Positions 38,081-52,649 of a stretch of 62,000 nt of DNA are shown one piece after another (positions within the stretch are counted from its first letter, which is position 1; the number at the start of each line of letters is the position of its first letter). The stretch comes from Vicugna vicugna (Eukaryota). Location of the stretch: contig MU058065.1 in the NCBI GenBank assembly GCA_013265495.1, forward strand, positions 951,527 through 1,013,526, read 5' to 3'. The notes beneath the pieces were generated by a model, which searched no databases, was not told the DNA's origin, and worked only from the letters and a program-made list of their open reading frames with translations. Position numbers and translations under genes: made by a program.

Positions 38081-40199
38081 GCTCCATCTCCTGAATACGG
38101 TTAGAAATTATAATAACAGTTATTGTTGTATGTACACCATTTCCAGAGGCTACTCAAAAATGCACATGTGTTTATAGGTTTATGAATGGATAAAAATTGC
38201 TTATCAAATAAATCAAAATCAATGGCTTGGACTTAGATTCCAGAAGACGATATTCTTAGGTAAATATCCTGTATGCAAGGTGTCTAAGTTGATATAAAGT
38301 TCCGTGAAAGAACAGGCTGTGTCTGATGCCCTTCGGGTCCTCTAGCCCTTAGCCCAGGGCCCTGGACATCAGTGCTCACTTTTTAAGTTAAGTTCTAGTG
38401 AAGTTCTACCCAACAGGTTTCTGTCTCAACAGGCGATTATTAAAGTGACTTGGAAATTTTTCAAAGATTTATAATGTTTTGTAACATGATAACCTAGGCA
38501 ATAAAAATACAGTAAGTCTATTTTGGTGGAAATACAAGCAAAATTTATTGAGTAACTATAAACTGTCATAAGTGGAATTTATAACACAATTTCCAGAGGG
38601 CCAACCCCAAATCGCATTCACTTCAGTAGCCCCAACATGCAGAACAGAGTCATTTCACTCTCAATAAAAGTTTTAGGAAGGCATTGAAGCCATCACCATT
38701 GAACAATTTTTGTTGCTTCTCAGAAACTCAGATAAGTTTTTCCTAATAAAATCTCACTGGATTTTACACATTCCAGGAAAATTGCAAAACATCAAATCTT
38801 TAAGGTAAGATATTTACAGCATTATTTCAACACTTGCAATATATTTACTTGTCCACAGAAACATTAAATCTTCTATTACCTAATTTTCTTTAATATTTTT
38901 AGGGTATGAGTCAGTATATGCAACTGCAAAATAATAATTTTCCGGGATTGCCCTGACAACAGTGTCATCAATATATTTCATAGTTTTCATCACAGTTCAT
39001 AAATGCATTACATTATCTATAATAAGTATGTGTTTTCAATCAATTAGAAGTTTATGCTATATGTCAATTTACTAAGAATAATCCATTCTTTAAAAATCTA
39101 AAGAATAGGTGTTTAAGAATAAAGAGTTATAAAATACAGTTTTTCATATTCTTTACATTTTTATTTTAGAATATTTATATATCCACATGATTGCGATATA
39201 ATGGCTCAAAATATAAATAGGAGAAAATCAACCATTTTTTCTTTCACACTGACCCTGCAATATTAAACTATCTTCTTTTGGGGGCCAGACGTATGGTCAA
39301 TAAAAATACTGAGAGAAATCACTGCCCAATACATGAAAGAGGGCTAGGCATTCTAACAAAATTCAAATACAGGTTGTCAGAAGATAGCCAATTAAAATAT
39401 TTTTAATTTTGATAAGTTTAACAAATATGTCCAGTTTGGAATAGAATCTTCTCATGTTAAATTTGCTGTCGAACTTTTTTTTCTCATTTAAAATAACCCC
39501 CAAAATTATTATGTTACAATGATATGAATGAATGATACATGGAATTCATTTGAGGGGAGATAAATCTGCTTTAAATATTTATTTTTAAAGACACATGTTT
39601 TTTAGTAATTTTTTCTGGAGGGTGCACATTCTTTTTAATTCCCCAAGTTAAACTCAATGATACTTCTATGCTTATTGACACGGCTAAATCCATCTTCCTT
39701 AAAGTGAGTCAAATATTATATCCTATTCTTGCAATAAGATGTTATACTTTAATTCATTACTTCAGATATAAGAACTAGAATGTTTAGTCATTCTATGAAG
39801 TGTGTTAAGATTACTACGCATAAAGGATATCTAGATATTCTGTGTTTTTATTTATTTATCATTAAATTCTTCATATATAATTTAAATTTAGCTGTAAAAT
39901 TCCATTCCATTTCACCCTGACGTTGAATGAACTCAGTGAGTCCATCTACAACCAATTTGAAATTAAGCCTAGAACAGAAATTCTTTCAGTTTAGTTATTT
40001 AATCAAGTGGCCTGTTTCTTATCTTTAATCTGAATGCATTTCTTGGATGCCCCACAAAGGAAGAAAAACAAACAAACACAGGCAAGTAAGTATACATTGG
40101 GAGATAGTTGTTCAATTAATATGAACACACTTACATAGCTTGGATAAGATTTTCATATTATCAAGATTCAGCAGAGGCCAATTATCTTGGCTAATTTCA

Positions 40200-40885
40200 T
40201 GGGGATAAAATCAAGTGAAGTTCTTCCTCAAGAAGGTGAAACATAATAAATCTTCACTACATAAATGGAGTCTATACACAGTGACTTCTTTCCAAAGAGT
40301 ATGGAAAGGAGGAGGAGAGGAACTTCACAGTGAAGAGACCTGGTGAGCACTATCTACACCACACTGGCTGATCAGCAGTGATGAGTGATGCTGACAGTAC
40401 GCACCCTTGATATGATGTGAGGAGAAGGGCATTTTACCTCTGTGGTCTTCCTCCCCAAAATCGTAACTCTTGTCTAACCATGAGAAAAACACCAGACAAC
40501 CCAAAATGAGAAACATTCTATGACACAGCAGTCCAGTAATCCCTAAAACTGTCAAGGCCATACAAGATAAGGGAAGTCTGAGAAGCTGTCGCAGTTTAGA
40601 GAGGACCAAGGAGACATGATAACTGAAGTTGATGGACGTGGTATCCTGGAAGAAATCTTGAAACTAATAATAAAAACCAAGGAAATCCAAATGAAGTATG
40701 GATGTAAATAATAATGTTTCAGTATCGATTCATTAGTTGTGACAAAAGCACCATGATAATGTAAGATTATCTAACAATAGGGGAAACTGGATGTGGGGCA
40801 TATGGGAACCCTCTGTGTATTCCTTGGCAGCCTTTTTGTAAATTTCAAACTATACTAAAATATAAAAAAATGTATTTTAGAAAAT
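40200..40885 (+). mobile_element. L1MC1/2-like 3'UTR
   Basis: cttcacagtgaagagacctgg...cccttgatatgatgtga...tctgtggtcttcctccccaaaa...aataggggaaactgg...tatgggaaccctctgt. Confidence 0.85.
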
Positions 40886-41808
40886 AACATGATAGGACCA
40901 TATTTTTTCCAAAGAATATGTAAGTGTGTATTTCATTCTTTATATGGAAGCAACATGGTAGAATGGATCTTGATTGTTGTGTGGCATTGAAAAGTCATGT
41001 ATCTCTCTGAATTTGTATATAATTCCTGTATACATTATATATGTGTGTGTGTGTATGTACATGATTTATATATACATAGATGTATGTACACTGGAATACT
41101 GTACATATATTATGCATATTTGTATACCACACTTCACAAGGTTGTAGGAAGCAGTAAACTAATGCATGCAAAGAGATTTAAAACTGTAAAGTCCCATACA
41201 TTGATCATGATCTAATCTACTGATCCTTCAAAGCATCAGGAATGGCACAAATGAGAAGGAATTTTAATTCACTTCAACAATTACTTTCTCTAGGAAATAA
41301 ACTGAGTACTTCCTGATATTGGGTATATTTTATCCAACAAACAAAGAAATAGTGAGATTTTTTCCAATAATAAACCTTCCTAATATTTATTTAAAGTATC
41401 CAATTTTTCAAAATATGTAAAACATAAAGAGAAAAAAATACTCTGAAATAAGCACTTGGAGCATTTCAGTAATAAACATGATAGCAGAATAAAACTGATA
41501 CAAGCATATGTATCTCTATTGGTTTTGACTTTTATGCTTCATGAGTTAGCACATGAAAAAATGTCATCAAAGATTTAGGAGGCAGGAAACAGTGCTGAGC
41601 TGGTGCCTCGTTGGCTTCGGAATTAAGTTTAGCTGGGAGTCTTACGATTTGAGAATCAAATTTAATTTCTGAGACAATAGACACAACACCAATACTCATC
41701 TTCAGATGCTCAGGGTTGGGCGGGGTGGAAATCTATGGGTTCCAGAAGTTGCTCTCTTTGTGCCACCTTCTCCCACCTGGATGGGTAGCCCATTTTATAA
41801 GACATCGT

Positions 41809-41827
41809 CATCCAGCAGAGGGAGTGT
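41809..41827 (+). promoter_or_regulatory. Candidate CTCF motif
   Basis: catCCAGCAGAGGGAGTGt. Motif match only. Confidence 0.35.
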
Positions 41828-42187
41828 AAACCTGAATCTGGCTGGAGAGGAAGCTAGAGTTACCAAATTTCTCTGAATTTTCCCTTTGCCCTGAAGAAAG
41901 TTTCTCCAAGGGAGGATGCGCTGTGTTAGTGGGGAAACAAGGAAGACCAGGCCTGGAGCCCAGATCAGGAGTTATGGGAGGTGGCAGGTCACTCTGACCT
42001 GCGCTTCTTCCTGTCCTTAGGAGTGAGTCACACACAGGTTAGCCAGAGGTGTTGGCGATCTCATCAAAAATGCTCTTCCTCTCCTATTTAGTGGGCAAAG
42101 AGATTGATTCTTTATTAACAAAACATACATAAAGAAGAAACAGGTAAGCACCATGGGTTTTTTTACATCTGTCTTCAAGATCACGGG

Positions 42188-42513
42188 CAGGGGTTGGCCA
42201 ACTACAACACATTTCCCAAATAAAGTCCATTGCTTGTTTCAGTACAGCCCATGGACAAGAACTTTCAAGTTTTTAAATAGTTGAAAAGAAAACAAAAGAA
42301 GAGTATTTCCACGACAGAGGAAAATGATATGAAATTCAAATGCCAGTGTATACACAATTTCCACTGGCCTCAGATAAGTCCATTTGTTCATAGATTGTCT
42401 CTGGTACTTTCACGCTATTGATTAGAGTTGAGTTATTGGGCCAGATACTATGGTCCATAAAGCCTAAAATATTTATTGTCTGTCCCTTTAAAGAAAAAGT
42501 TTGCTAACTTACT
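42188..42513 (+). mobile_element. MER58B-like hAT-Charlie element
   Basis: caggggttggccaactac...atgaaattcaaat...aagcctaaaatatttattgtctgtcccttt...gaaaaagtttgct. Confidence 0.8.
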
Positions 42514-43654
42514 AAGTCAATAGCCAATTAACCCTTAAATTACGTATTTACTGGAACTGCCTGATAGAAGAACAAAGAGGTTGATATCAATATTGGTATT
42601 ATAGATGGTATTATTATAATATTGGTATCATAGAAAGGACTATAGAACAAAGTCAAGAGCATTGATTCATATACGTTCGCCATGTTTTTCATATCAAGTT
42701 TGGTCCTTTAGATAAATCATAAAGGATGAGGCTTACTTTTAAAGTCATCTCTGACAATTGGTTTAGACTAACTGGGCATATTGACTACATGTTTTACATC
42801 TTTATAAGGAAAAACAGGAATGTTGGAATTAAAGAAATAAAGTAGATAATCTGGTTTAAAGTCTTAAGATAAGAGATTTAATACAAGGTCAACCCTTTCT
42901 TTGAGTGACTCTGCAGTGTTTATTTGCTTTCTGTAATGTGTCACAGTGGTGATTCCAGTTCAATATAAAAGTTGTTTTGAGAATTAAAAAAAATAATTTT
43001 AGTCATTTATATTGCTTTTCTTCCTTCCCGACTATATTTTGGAATGAAGGGGTCACCTTTGCATAATATACACAACAACACAGGCCCTCAACTGGCCTTT
43101 TGAAATTGACATAGCAGAGTGATGGAAGGGTTATAACTATCTGCACCTGTCAGCAAATTCACAAATGATTACCTAGTTATCAATAATAAGTGATCAAACC
43201 TATGTTCTTTGATCAGTACAGAGAAAGAAAAATGTCTTTTTCTTTGAATGGGCAAGGCTTACTCTGTGTTTACGTGTGCCTCTACCTATCTATGCATGTG
43301 TATTTGTATACAACAACTGATATTTTGAAAGTGCATTGAGGCGACCTAACGTCACAGTTTTTTCTATGGTAAAACTTAAAAGGCACAGTCAACTAATCCA
43401 TGTGACTTTACAACTACTTAGAAACACCATTTCTTTCCAAAATACAGTATACACGTAACTCTTGAGTTTTACAGCAACGTCCTTTCTTCAAGACCCAGGT
43501 CACAAGTCCCTTTCAAGGACAGAGGCTGGTTTTAACTATTGTCCTAAACAGTGACAATGGCAGCTGTTTGAAAGCTCTGCCAACACACTGCTCGTCTCTC
43601 TGCAGTAACGACAGTCCTATTTTGGGGTGCAGCTTCGATTTCTTTCTATCTTAG

Positions 43655-43830
43655 GAGACAGTATAAGGTAGATAGAATGGGTATCATGACCTGGTCTTGC
43701 CACTTATTACTTGTGAGATGTGGGACAAATCATTTAATCTTCCTGAGACCCTGTTTATCTGTAAAATGAAAATAATAAGACCTCAGATTTGTCGGGAAGA
43801 TTGCATGCAATAATTTAGCGTCTACCACGA
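43655..43830 (+). mobile_element. MIR SINE
   Basis: tgccacttattacttgtgagatgtgggacaaatcatttaatcttcctgag...atctgtaaaatga. Confidence 0.7.
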
Positions 43831-45119
43831 AGTGGAAACAAAAATATCAACTCCTCCACCCCAGCAGACTGAGTTTTTTTTTTAAGACAGGGGCTCTACA
43901 GTGAATGTCACATCTTTCCCTTTAGCACAAGGAAGTATGTCAAAATGCTCATGCAATGAATGAGTGAACAAATGAAAAATGACAGCCACTCAAACAGGGC
44001 AGTGAGAATATTAGTAGCATTAGCACTGAATTGTGTTACTGAAAAAAAGACGAACAAATAAGCAAACAAAAATCTTACGCATTTTACGTGTTGAAAAGAA
44101 CTCTTGGATTTCAATAGTTACTTTTATTAGCAGTGAGTTGAATGCATTTGGATATTTCACAAATGTTTAATAACAGAAGAGTGGATCAAAACCTTAGTTC
44201 CTTCTTTTTTTTTGCTAATGAGGGCATAATTGTACTTACAAATGTATATATTGTCTTAATTTAGGATATTTATACATTATTTATGTTAACAATTTCTAGT
44301 CTTTGACACTTTATAATTAGTCATTCAGGTTATTACTTAATAATAGATGTTTCTAATTTTTATGTTGTCAAATCAGTTGAATTTTTTCAAAATGTCTCCA
44401 TGCTTGAATTCTTCAAGGTTTCTTAAACTTTTTGACAACTATAAATATAATTCTTTACATTTTTCGGGGTTTATGGTTTACCATACTCTTGAATTTACCT
44501 TTCACTTACTTTGTTTATATTCTTCCTTGTTGCTAACGGTACATTGCTTAGGAAGGGAAAATATATTTCGTAAGAAAAATTGTGTTTAAAAGAATCATTA
44601 CATTTCATTAAAAGAAAATAAATGTCTGTTTTGAAGGCTGTCTGGAAGCCTACTGTATGCACACACACGTGCACCCATGAATACATACATACATTTCATA
44701 TATACTCATAAACATACATATGGATGTGTGTATAAAAGTGTGCAGCATACAGTGTGTTTATATGTATGTATTTGCATGTATATTTGTGCGTAAGTGTATA
44801 TATCATAGAGATATGATTAAATTACTGATACCTCCTCTAGGTTTCAGAAAACAAAATTATAAAAGTTTTGCTGAAAGAAAATGTGTGTCAGTAATGTCAC
44901 TGAAGAAGAAACAGTAGGCTAAAGCTAATAAAATCTCGTACCTTGAGGTTCTTGATTGACCTCAAGGAATACTACTCTCAAAACATTCTTGAATGATTTT
45001 ATAAAAGTTCTGAAATAACTTAGCCTGTTACATTCACCTTTGACCAAGTGGCTTTGGGAGGAAGGATTGTCACAATCTGAGTAATAATCAGAAGAACATC
45101 AACAGTGTAATTATAGCAG

Positions 45120-45355
45120 CGACCGTGATTTATTGGTTATAAACCATGTTCCAGACACTCGACTGGCACTTAGCGTATATCAATTCCTTTAAAGCTTAAT
45201 AACTGGATAAGATGCCTTATGGCTCTTTGTTAGATGATAAATGGAGGCCTACAGAAGTGAAGTAATATGTATAGAATCATATTCCTAACAGAAGGCAGAA
45301 TTAGAATTGGAACTAAATATACCAAATGCTAGTCTGTGCCCTGATCATTGCACTG
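45120..45355 (-). mobile_element. MIR SINE
   Basis: tagatgataaatggaggcctacagaagtgaagtaa core. Confidence 0.6.
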
Positions 45356-45395
45356 GATTGTCTCAGCTCATTAGGATTAAAGCGGCCACACTGAA

Positions 45396-45429
45396 CACAC
45401 AGACACACACACACACACACACACACACA
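45396..45429. repeat. (CA)n microsatellite
   Basis: Directly visible. Confidence 0.95.
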
Positions 45430-47232
45430 ACTGCCAGAGTATTTTCACTTCAGAGAGCCGACAATGAGGGTGAGTGTGCTGGATTAAATAAAAGGGGTAA
45501 AGTTTGCTGCTGAAAGACTGAAAGATTAATAGAGGATTTATAAGCTGTGAAAACTTTGGTGGCTGCAAAGCTTTGAACTTGTCATTACTGTCATCACACC
45601 ATCCTCTCATCTTCGTAGTTGTCAAGGTCACGGGCACAATAATCATTGCAATTCCTCTCAGTGAGCAAGGCACTGTGTGAACACTCAGCCCGCTTCATTC
45701 CATTTTAGCCTCAGCATAACCCTGTGGTCACCATATTCGGGATGAGAAAATCAAGTTTAGAAGAGGTTCAAGATCGCTTAGCTGTGTCTAGAGACAGATC
45801 CCGTATTGGGCGTGAAAGGGGTTATTAATAGAGCAGAACACAGTAATCTCCCTCCCTGGGTAACGCTCTCCATCCATAGCTCAAGTTTCTTACCTCCAAC
45901 ACACAAGAATACATCCCTAAGGCCCCACAATATTTGCACTTGATCATATTTAATATCCCAAGGTTAAGCTGCCAAGGTAGTGCTCTGTCTTCACTCTACC
46001 TCCTTCCTGGCTTCCTTCCTGAAGAAGTTAAACACTTCTAAAGCACTTAATGGACGGAGCATCCTAATGAGAGATGTGCCCGAGTGGTGAATAGTAGCAA
46101 TCCCCAAAGCAGTAAGAACAAAGTGTCCTTTCTTACTATGTAAGAACACCTCTATCTGATCTCGATTTTGAACTGCTTACTGGCTGGTTGTCCTTCCGTA
46201 TAATTGTGTGTGGATAATACGGTAATATGTTACCCGCACAGGATACTTCACCAAGGGAGCCCCTCTGAAGGTATTTTTCTTTTTCCTTCACCACCCACAG
46301 CTCAATCTCATTTCAATAAGTACCTTTTCCTCAGTTTCATGGCAGCAAACAACATAGTCATCCTCCCACACATATTTGCGCACCTCCAAGAATACCGACA
46401 AGTAGAGTGAGATGTTAGTGTCTCTCAACTGAGTTGCACAAAAATGTTAGCTGATTCAATGAGTGGCCTTAGGAGAAAAAGCCCAAGAAAGGCTGCCTAA
46501 AAGAAAAAGTCCATGGATGGTTTTCACACCACCATGAAAGAAGATGCTAATTGCATCAAACCACCGTTTTATCAACTCTTCACTACAGCAGAATTTTAGA
46601 GAAGAATCAAATTTCAGCATCTAGAAAAATGAAAGTTTTAAAACATTTAAAAATGCATAACATTTTTATAGCACCAAATGACAACTAAATGCAAAAAGCA
46701 AGTTGTCAAAATAGAATGTTAACTTTGTATCTCTTGTGAACAAATGCAAAATGCAAATTGGCAATTGTACGTGACTTAGCACTCATTCTCTGGTGAAAGA
46801 CTGTGATCAATCATACAATGGAAACCTATCTATTTAATAATGCACCATCCAGCCAGGTGTGAGTGGCATGGCATTTGCATCTCTATGCATGTACACAGAG
46901 CATATATATATATAGAGAGAGAGATGTAATAAGGAGATTTATCTGTGGAAGCATACAAATACAACGACTTTGAGGAATAATGATCAAATTGCATGAGAAA
47001 GAGTTGATTTATGATATAGTTCTCAAGTGTCTGAAATTGACTCAAAGTGTTGCTGCATTAAAATCTGTATAAAGTTGTGAAGGGCATAAATAATATACAC
47101 AATGATATATGATATCCCTATGGCAAAATGAAAGATGAGGCTTTTCAGATGAATGTTGAACTGTGTTCAAAAATCAGAAATATTATGTCTATGGTATGTG
47201 TCCGCAGGCAGAACCATGTATAATTTAAAAAA

Positions 47233-47273
47233 ATATATATATATATACACACACATACACACACACACACACA
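47233..47273. repeat. (TA)n(CA)n compound microsatellite
   Basis: Directly visible. Confidence 0.95.
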
Positions 47274-50200
47274 TATGTAAAACTTGATTTGCCTTTTTGC
47301 TATTTGATGACTATGAATATGAATTCTTTACCTTGGAAAGTAAAAAGACTATAGAAAAATTGTGATACATTTTTCCCAATAAAGAAGGCACAACATATTC
47401 CTTGGCAATTAACTCTAATAATGACTAAAGATACAATTTCAGCTGTTAATTGATTAAACTAATTGTTTGTAATAAAGAAAAAAAAAGACCTCTGAGCAGG
47501 TTTCAGAATTAATTTCTGTTTTTAAATGAGCAATATTTAAATGAGCAAATTTCTAAGTAGAATGCCTTAAAAAGACATTCCCTGAAGGAGCCAACTGTAT
47601 TACAAGATAAAATTCAATTACAACAAATGTATTGATGTTTTCCATTAAGTATATTCTCTTAATCACTTAACATTAGCATTAATTTAATTTCAAGTTTAAT
47701 TTCAACACAAAATATTGGTTTTTAATAGTGCAGATGGACTTGACCACAGATAGATTAGGGAGAATCACATCTCAATGAACACTTGTTTTATCTAAAGCAA
47801 GAGAGGGAGGATGAGAGACAAGGAGAATCAGCTAATCTTTGAGAAACAGGCTTTAATAATCGCTGGCTGAGCTAACAATTATTTTCAGATCTTGTAACTT
47901 TGAATAGAACTGGGAAAGTACATCAGATATATTTTTTCTCCACTAGAATGCATTGCCCAATATGAGCATAACTTGACTAGAGGATAAGGAATAAGCTGCT
48001 GATGACAGTAATTCTATTCTGAAACCAGCTTCGTTATTTACTAGGTCTAGCCAGTCACATCATTTGTCTGGGGCTCAGGTTGGAAAGGACCAGAGGGTAC
48101 AAACTGGGACATGAGGGTTGCATCAGGCTAATACATGTATTTTCTATAAAATGCACAATATTTTAAAATTTTGAACCCATGGAGAGGAAAAAAAAACCCC
48201 ACAAATCAGTAGATTATAGAGGAAGAGAGAAAGAGCGAAGGAAACAAACAAACAAACAAAAACACAAGAGGGAAGGAGAGAGCCAGGGCAGGAATGCCCA
48301 GATTTTGGCTTCTCTTGAAAAATCAAAGAAACACGGCACCGACTGGCCAGAGCTGAGTCTTCGCTACCTGTTTGAATAGGCTTGTCTTTCCCGTTCAGCT
48401 TGGTCCCATGGAACTTGACATAGTGGCAAGGTGCCAGCTGCCGTTTTTCATTTCAGTAGGAATGAAATTTTTCATTTGGTAGAAAAATATTTTCATTCCT
48501 GCTGATTCTATCAAAGTGAGAAAGTACTCCTTTCCAACACCCCCTGGACAGCTGTACGCACTGCGGTCTGCATCTCCCTCAATGCACCGCCTTAATAAAT
48601 TTCCTTCCTTTCTGCGATTCCAAGTCTGAGCCACATTGACCTAAAGTTTGAGGCCTTTTATCCTAACTCAAAACCAGCACTTATGCCCCAAGTAATCAAA
48701 ATAATCCTTGTAATGTTGACCATAAACTAACAGAGTCCAATTAGTTTATGGTCAACATTACAAGGCTTTATTCTTGGACTCCAGTCCAGATGTAATTGGA
48801 TTTCCTCAAAAGAAGCTGGACATTTTCCTTTTAGCCAAATTCATCCAAATGTTGACGGGGTCAGTATGGAAAGACAGGAAGCAATGAACACCTTACACAA
48901 GCAACCCAAATCGGCTTGAGAGCAAGCAATGTCTTTGTGCCCATGATCTACCAAGCAGAGAGTTTAACAGACAAGCTCCTTCCTTCCTTGCTGCCTAATT
49001 CATGTCTTCCATCTCAATTTCCTCTCTCTTGCTTCCTGTGCTGTTCCCTTCTGCCCAAGATGACACCCTTCAGAGCAGCTAAAAACAAGGTGTCATGGAC
49101 TCATCTAACCGATGACTGGGAGAGGCAGGCCCTGTGTAAGATGTGCTTGACAGAGAAACCAAACAAGGATTTCCAGTTAGGTCTCAAGTTGAAAGTCATG
49201 GAATCCAGTTTCCAGAATTAAACACTTCTATGTGCTCTTAACCCACTTCTCATGAGGGCAACTTGATGCAGTTTGCTCAAGTTTAAAATATAGAATTTTT
49301 TTTTATTAAATGGTAGTTAATGTTAAAACCATTGAGGATGCCAGCTCATTTAAAAATACCTTTTCTAAAGGAATACTCAAAACACTACTCTAGTTGTGAA
49401 AAACATACACTCTTTCAGCCTGAAAGTGATTAAGGTTACTACCTAGAAAATGGCTTGGCCATCCCAGATCCTCTCAGCATCTTCCTTTAGAAGAATCACT
49501 TATGGGCTGCAGTATCATTCTCCATCATACATAAGGGCCAACTTATGCTCAGAAGTGGAAGCAAAGCTAAGCTCTGAGGCAATAAATCCCTTGCTGGAAA
49601 TTATTCTAGGATTATCCCTACCATATTAGGCTACCCTAGTTCTCAAGTCACTATAGCACCTGCCATCACAGCGCCCTTCCGTTGAGGGCTTCAGAGAAAA
49701 GAAAGTGAGTCCGCAGAGGGATGATGCAGGGAACAGTGACAAGGAAGAGTAGAATGGGAAGGATATTCCTAAAAATATAAGACTTTTGTTCCTAGAGAAC
49801 TGCGTTTATCATGTCATTTATCTTCCTAGAATGTCAAAGAGCTTCCATTGTCAACAGCATTATGTCAACATAACTTAGAGGGCGTTGAAACAGACAGACC
49901 TTATGACCACACCTCCTTTCATGATCCCATTGTCTACAACTCCCTCACTGGAACCCTCGGCTCCCTCCAGCTCGGACCACCATTCCTGAGCAGCACACAG
50001 CACTCCTGATTTCAAATCGAAAGCTGGCTTCTCTCAGTCAAGCAGACTTGATGTCCAAGGAGATGACATGTCTACTGCTTTTGAAAATATGGGGAATCCC
50101 TTTTGGCATGCTGTTCCGGGCCTGGTTTCTAAGAGCCTGAGGAAGAAGCTTACACGACTTCACAAATCCATGCTTACATACAAACTATGACATACTTTCC

Positions 50201-50799
50201 TCCCTGCCAGTTTTCACCAAGACTCAGACCAGTAACCCACTCAGAAATAAAATATATTTAAGTGGGTGTAAAATCAAAATCAGAAAGACAACGGACGAGC
50301 AGGAGCACATGGGTGTTTTGTGACAGTTTGTAGCTACCAGGATTCAGATGGAATTGAGGTGTCCAAAAACTTCTACTACTAACTTTCCTCTCTTCTTCTC
50401 TATTTCAGCTACTCATCCCTTGGCTCCTCACACCTGCCAACATAAAGATAACTCTACATACACTTGCTACATTCTAGTAGAATCATTCATGTATTACTTA
50501 TAAAAGACCTTACAATTTCTCACGGCTATACTTAGGATCCTAGTGTTAAAAAATAAAGAACCTGTATATTTCAATAATCTTATTTTTCTTGGAATATCTT
50601 CCTTAAGACCAATACTTAATTTTTTCTAATGAAATCAACATAAATGGTCCTCTAAGTTGGTTCATAAAGAAGAGTGCTCAAGCTCAAGGACATACCTGCC
50701 ATGACTGGATGGTTTGCCTCTTCCAATGTGTCCAGAGAATAATGGGTACTGAAGATGCTTCTTAGCAGTTGGGGGGCTAAAAATGATATTAACAAAAAC

Positions 50800-51260
50800 T
50801 AACCTATGTGGAGCACACAGTGCTCTTCCAGATGCTTCGTATATGCTGACGTATTTACTCCTTGCACTCATCTAGTCTATAGAGTTGACAGTATGATGCC
50901 CATTTTACATACAGACACCTGAAGCTCTGTAAGATCCATGCCCAAAATCACTGAGCAAAGCAGTGGGTGGAACTAGAATCTGAACTCAGGTAAACTAACT
51001 GCACAGCCTCCATTTTTAGTCGTATATTGTGTGGCTCTGTTCTTGGGGTGGCTACGTGAATGCGATGAGATTATAAATATTCCCTATTATGTAGCTATCA
51101 CTATTTCTGGAAAAGAGCAAGTTGACCAATAAGTGCCATTTTCTTTCTCTATTCAGAGAGTAAATAACCGTGGCTCAGAGGAGTTAAATCTCTTGCCCAA
51201 AGACAGGCCACTTGGAATGGGACAGCCAGGTCTAACTCGAGAATCTGCAAAGTTGTCCTG
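50800..51260 (-). mobile_element. Two adjacent MIR fragments
   Basis: cccattttacat...cccaaaatcactgagc and ggctcagaggagttaaatctcttgcccaaagac. Confidence 0.55.
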
Positions 51261-51499
51261 CATCTGTCTGAATGCAGGAAGCCACCAGCATGTCTTAAAA
51301 CTGTAGACACTTTCAGGACTGTCCCCTCCACCTCTGCACCATCAGTACCATCACGATTTATGCATTTTTGTCACCAATAACGATTTATCAAGCAGCCATT
51401 CCCTTGCAGTTACACAGGTCCTTGGGACTGAATTCTGAATGTGTGTCTCTTTCAGGACAAACAGATAAAATCAGTGCCCTGCATGACATTCTCTCTTTT

Positions 51500-51731
51500 C
51501 CCCCACCTGTCAGCCTGAGACAGAGGATCCAACAGAAGGCTCAGAGGGTCTCAGGAATGACAGAGCCACGGGTTGAGAAGAGCCCAGGTCTGTCTCACAG
51601 TCAGGAACAGCCGTCAACCAGGAAGATTCACGTTGGATTTGTGTGACTAAGAAACTTTATTTAAAGGAACAAACACTAAAATTTGGGGTTGTGTCTGTTG
51701 TAGCAGCTCTGTCACTCACCTAACTAATACA
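51500..51731 (+). mobile_element. MLT1 (MaLR) LTR 3' part
   Basis: aatgacagagccac...cactaaaatttggggttg...tgttgtagcagc...cctaactaataca. Confidence 0.7.
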
Positions 51732-52649
51732 CAATCACAAATGTACAGAAGTACTCAGGGTGTGAGGAAGTATACTGATATTGGACACCTAGTGTTCCAT
51801 CTAATTTTTTAATATGACTGTAGCTGGATCTGGAGTGGAACGGATTAGGATGATATTTTCCAACATTTAAAATCCTATCTTTAAAAACACTCCTGTGGAT
51901 ACAAATCTAATTGCATGCACCATAAGTGATGAGATGACCTCTTTACATACAATTTTTTTAATGAACGTGTGGGTTCAGAATTATAAGACCAACCCTGGCC
52001 TTTTAACAGTCAATAATCCATTTCCAGTTTTCAGAAAATAGAACTGCATCGGAAGGGACATTGGGGAAGTTATGAACGGAATAGGAATACTAGTCTCTAT
52101 TACAATTTGTTTATGTGGGGGTCAATGAAATAGATAATATCCTTATTGTAAAGTTATCTAAATAGAAGATACTATCTCTATCATTCAAAGACTTATACTC
52201 ACCATGAAATTCTTTGAATTAAAACCAAAATAAACTTCTTGAGATCACTGAGCCCTAGAACCCTAGAAAAAAGCAAATTATTGCCAGTAGAACAAAGAAG
52301 GAAGCATGCCAGTATTTGGCATTCACGGTAGTGCAGAATTTACTTTACAAATCAATTACAACCCTTTGCTACATGTCTTATAGCCCCCGAATCAGCTCCA
52401 CACTCTTGCCCTCTACTGGTACCCTTTCATAAGGCAGGCTTTTAGAGGACTAGAACTTTTCCCATACTTCTAAATTTGAGCAATGTTTTACTCTCTGTCT
52501 TCGGTTAACAGGAGAGAGATTTATTTTGTCAAATTCATCAAAATCACAGTTAGAGGTTTCTAATGACACTCTAACTTGAAACACTGGAACTCACTGAGTG
52601 TGTGGGAAGGACTTAGATGCCAAGAGAAAATGCCAAGTGGTAAACTGAA

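Noticed and set aside
47521..47548. Short tandem duplications (also ~23831, ~30457, ~42590)
   Set aside because: Ordinary 12-17 bp slippage-type duplications.
48367..48634. ORF and exon-like segment near 48.4-48.6 kb
   Set aside because: Purine-rich weak acceptor, weak donor and no recognisable protein.
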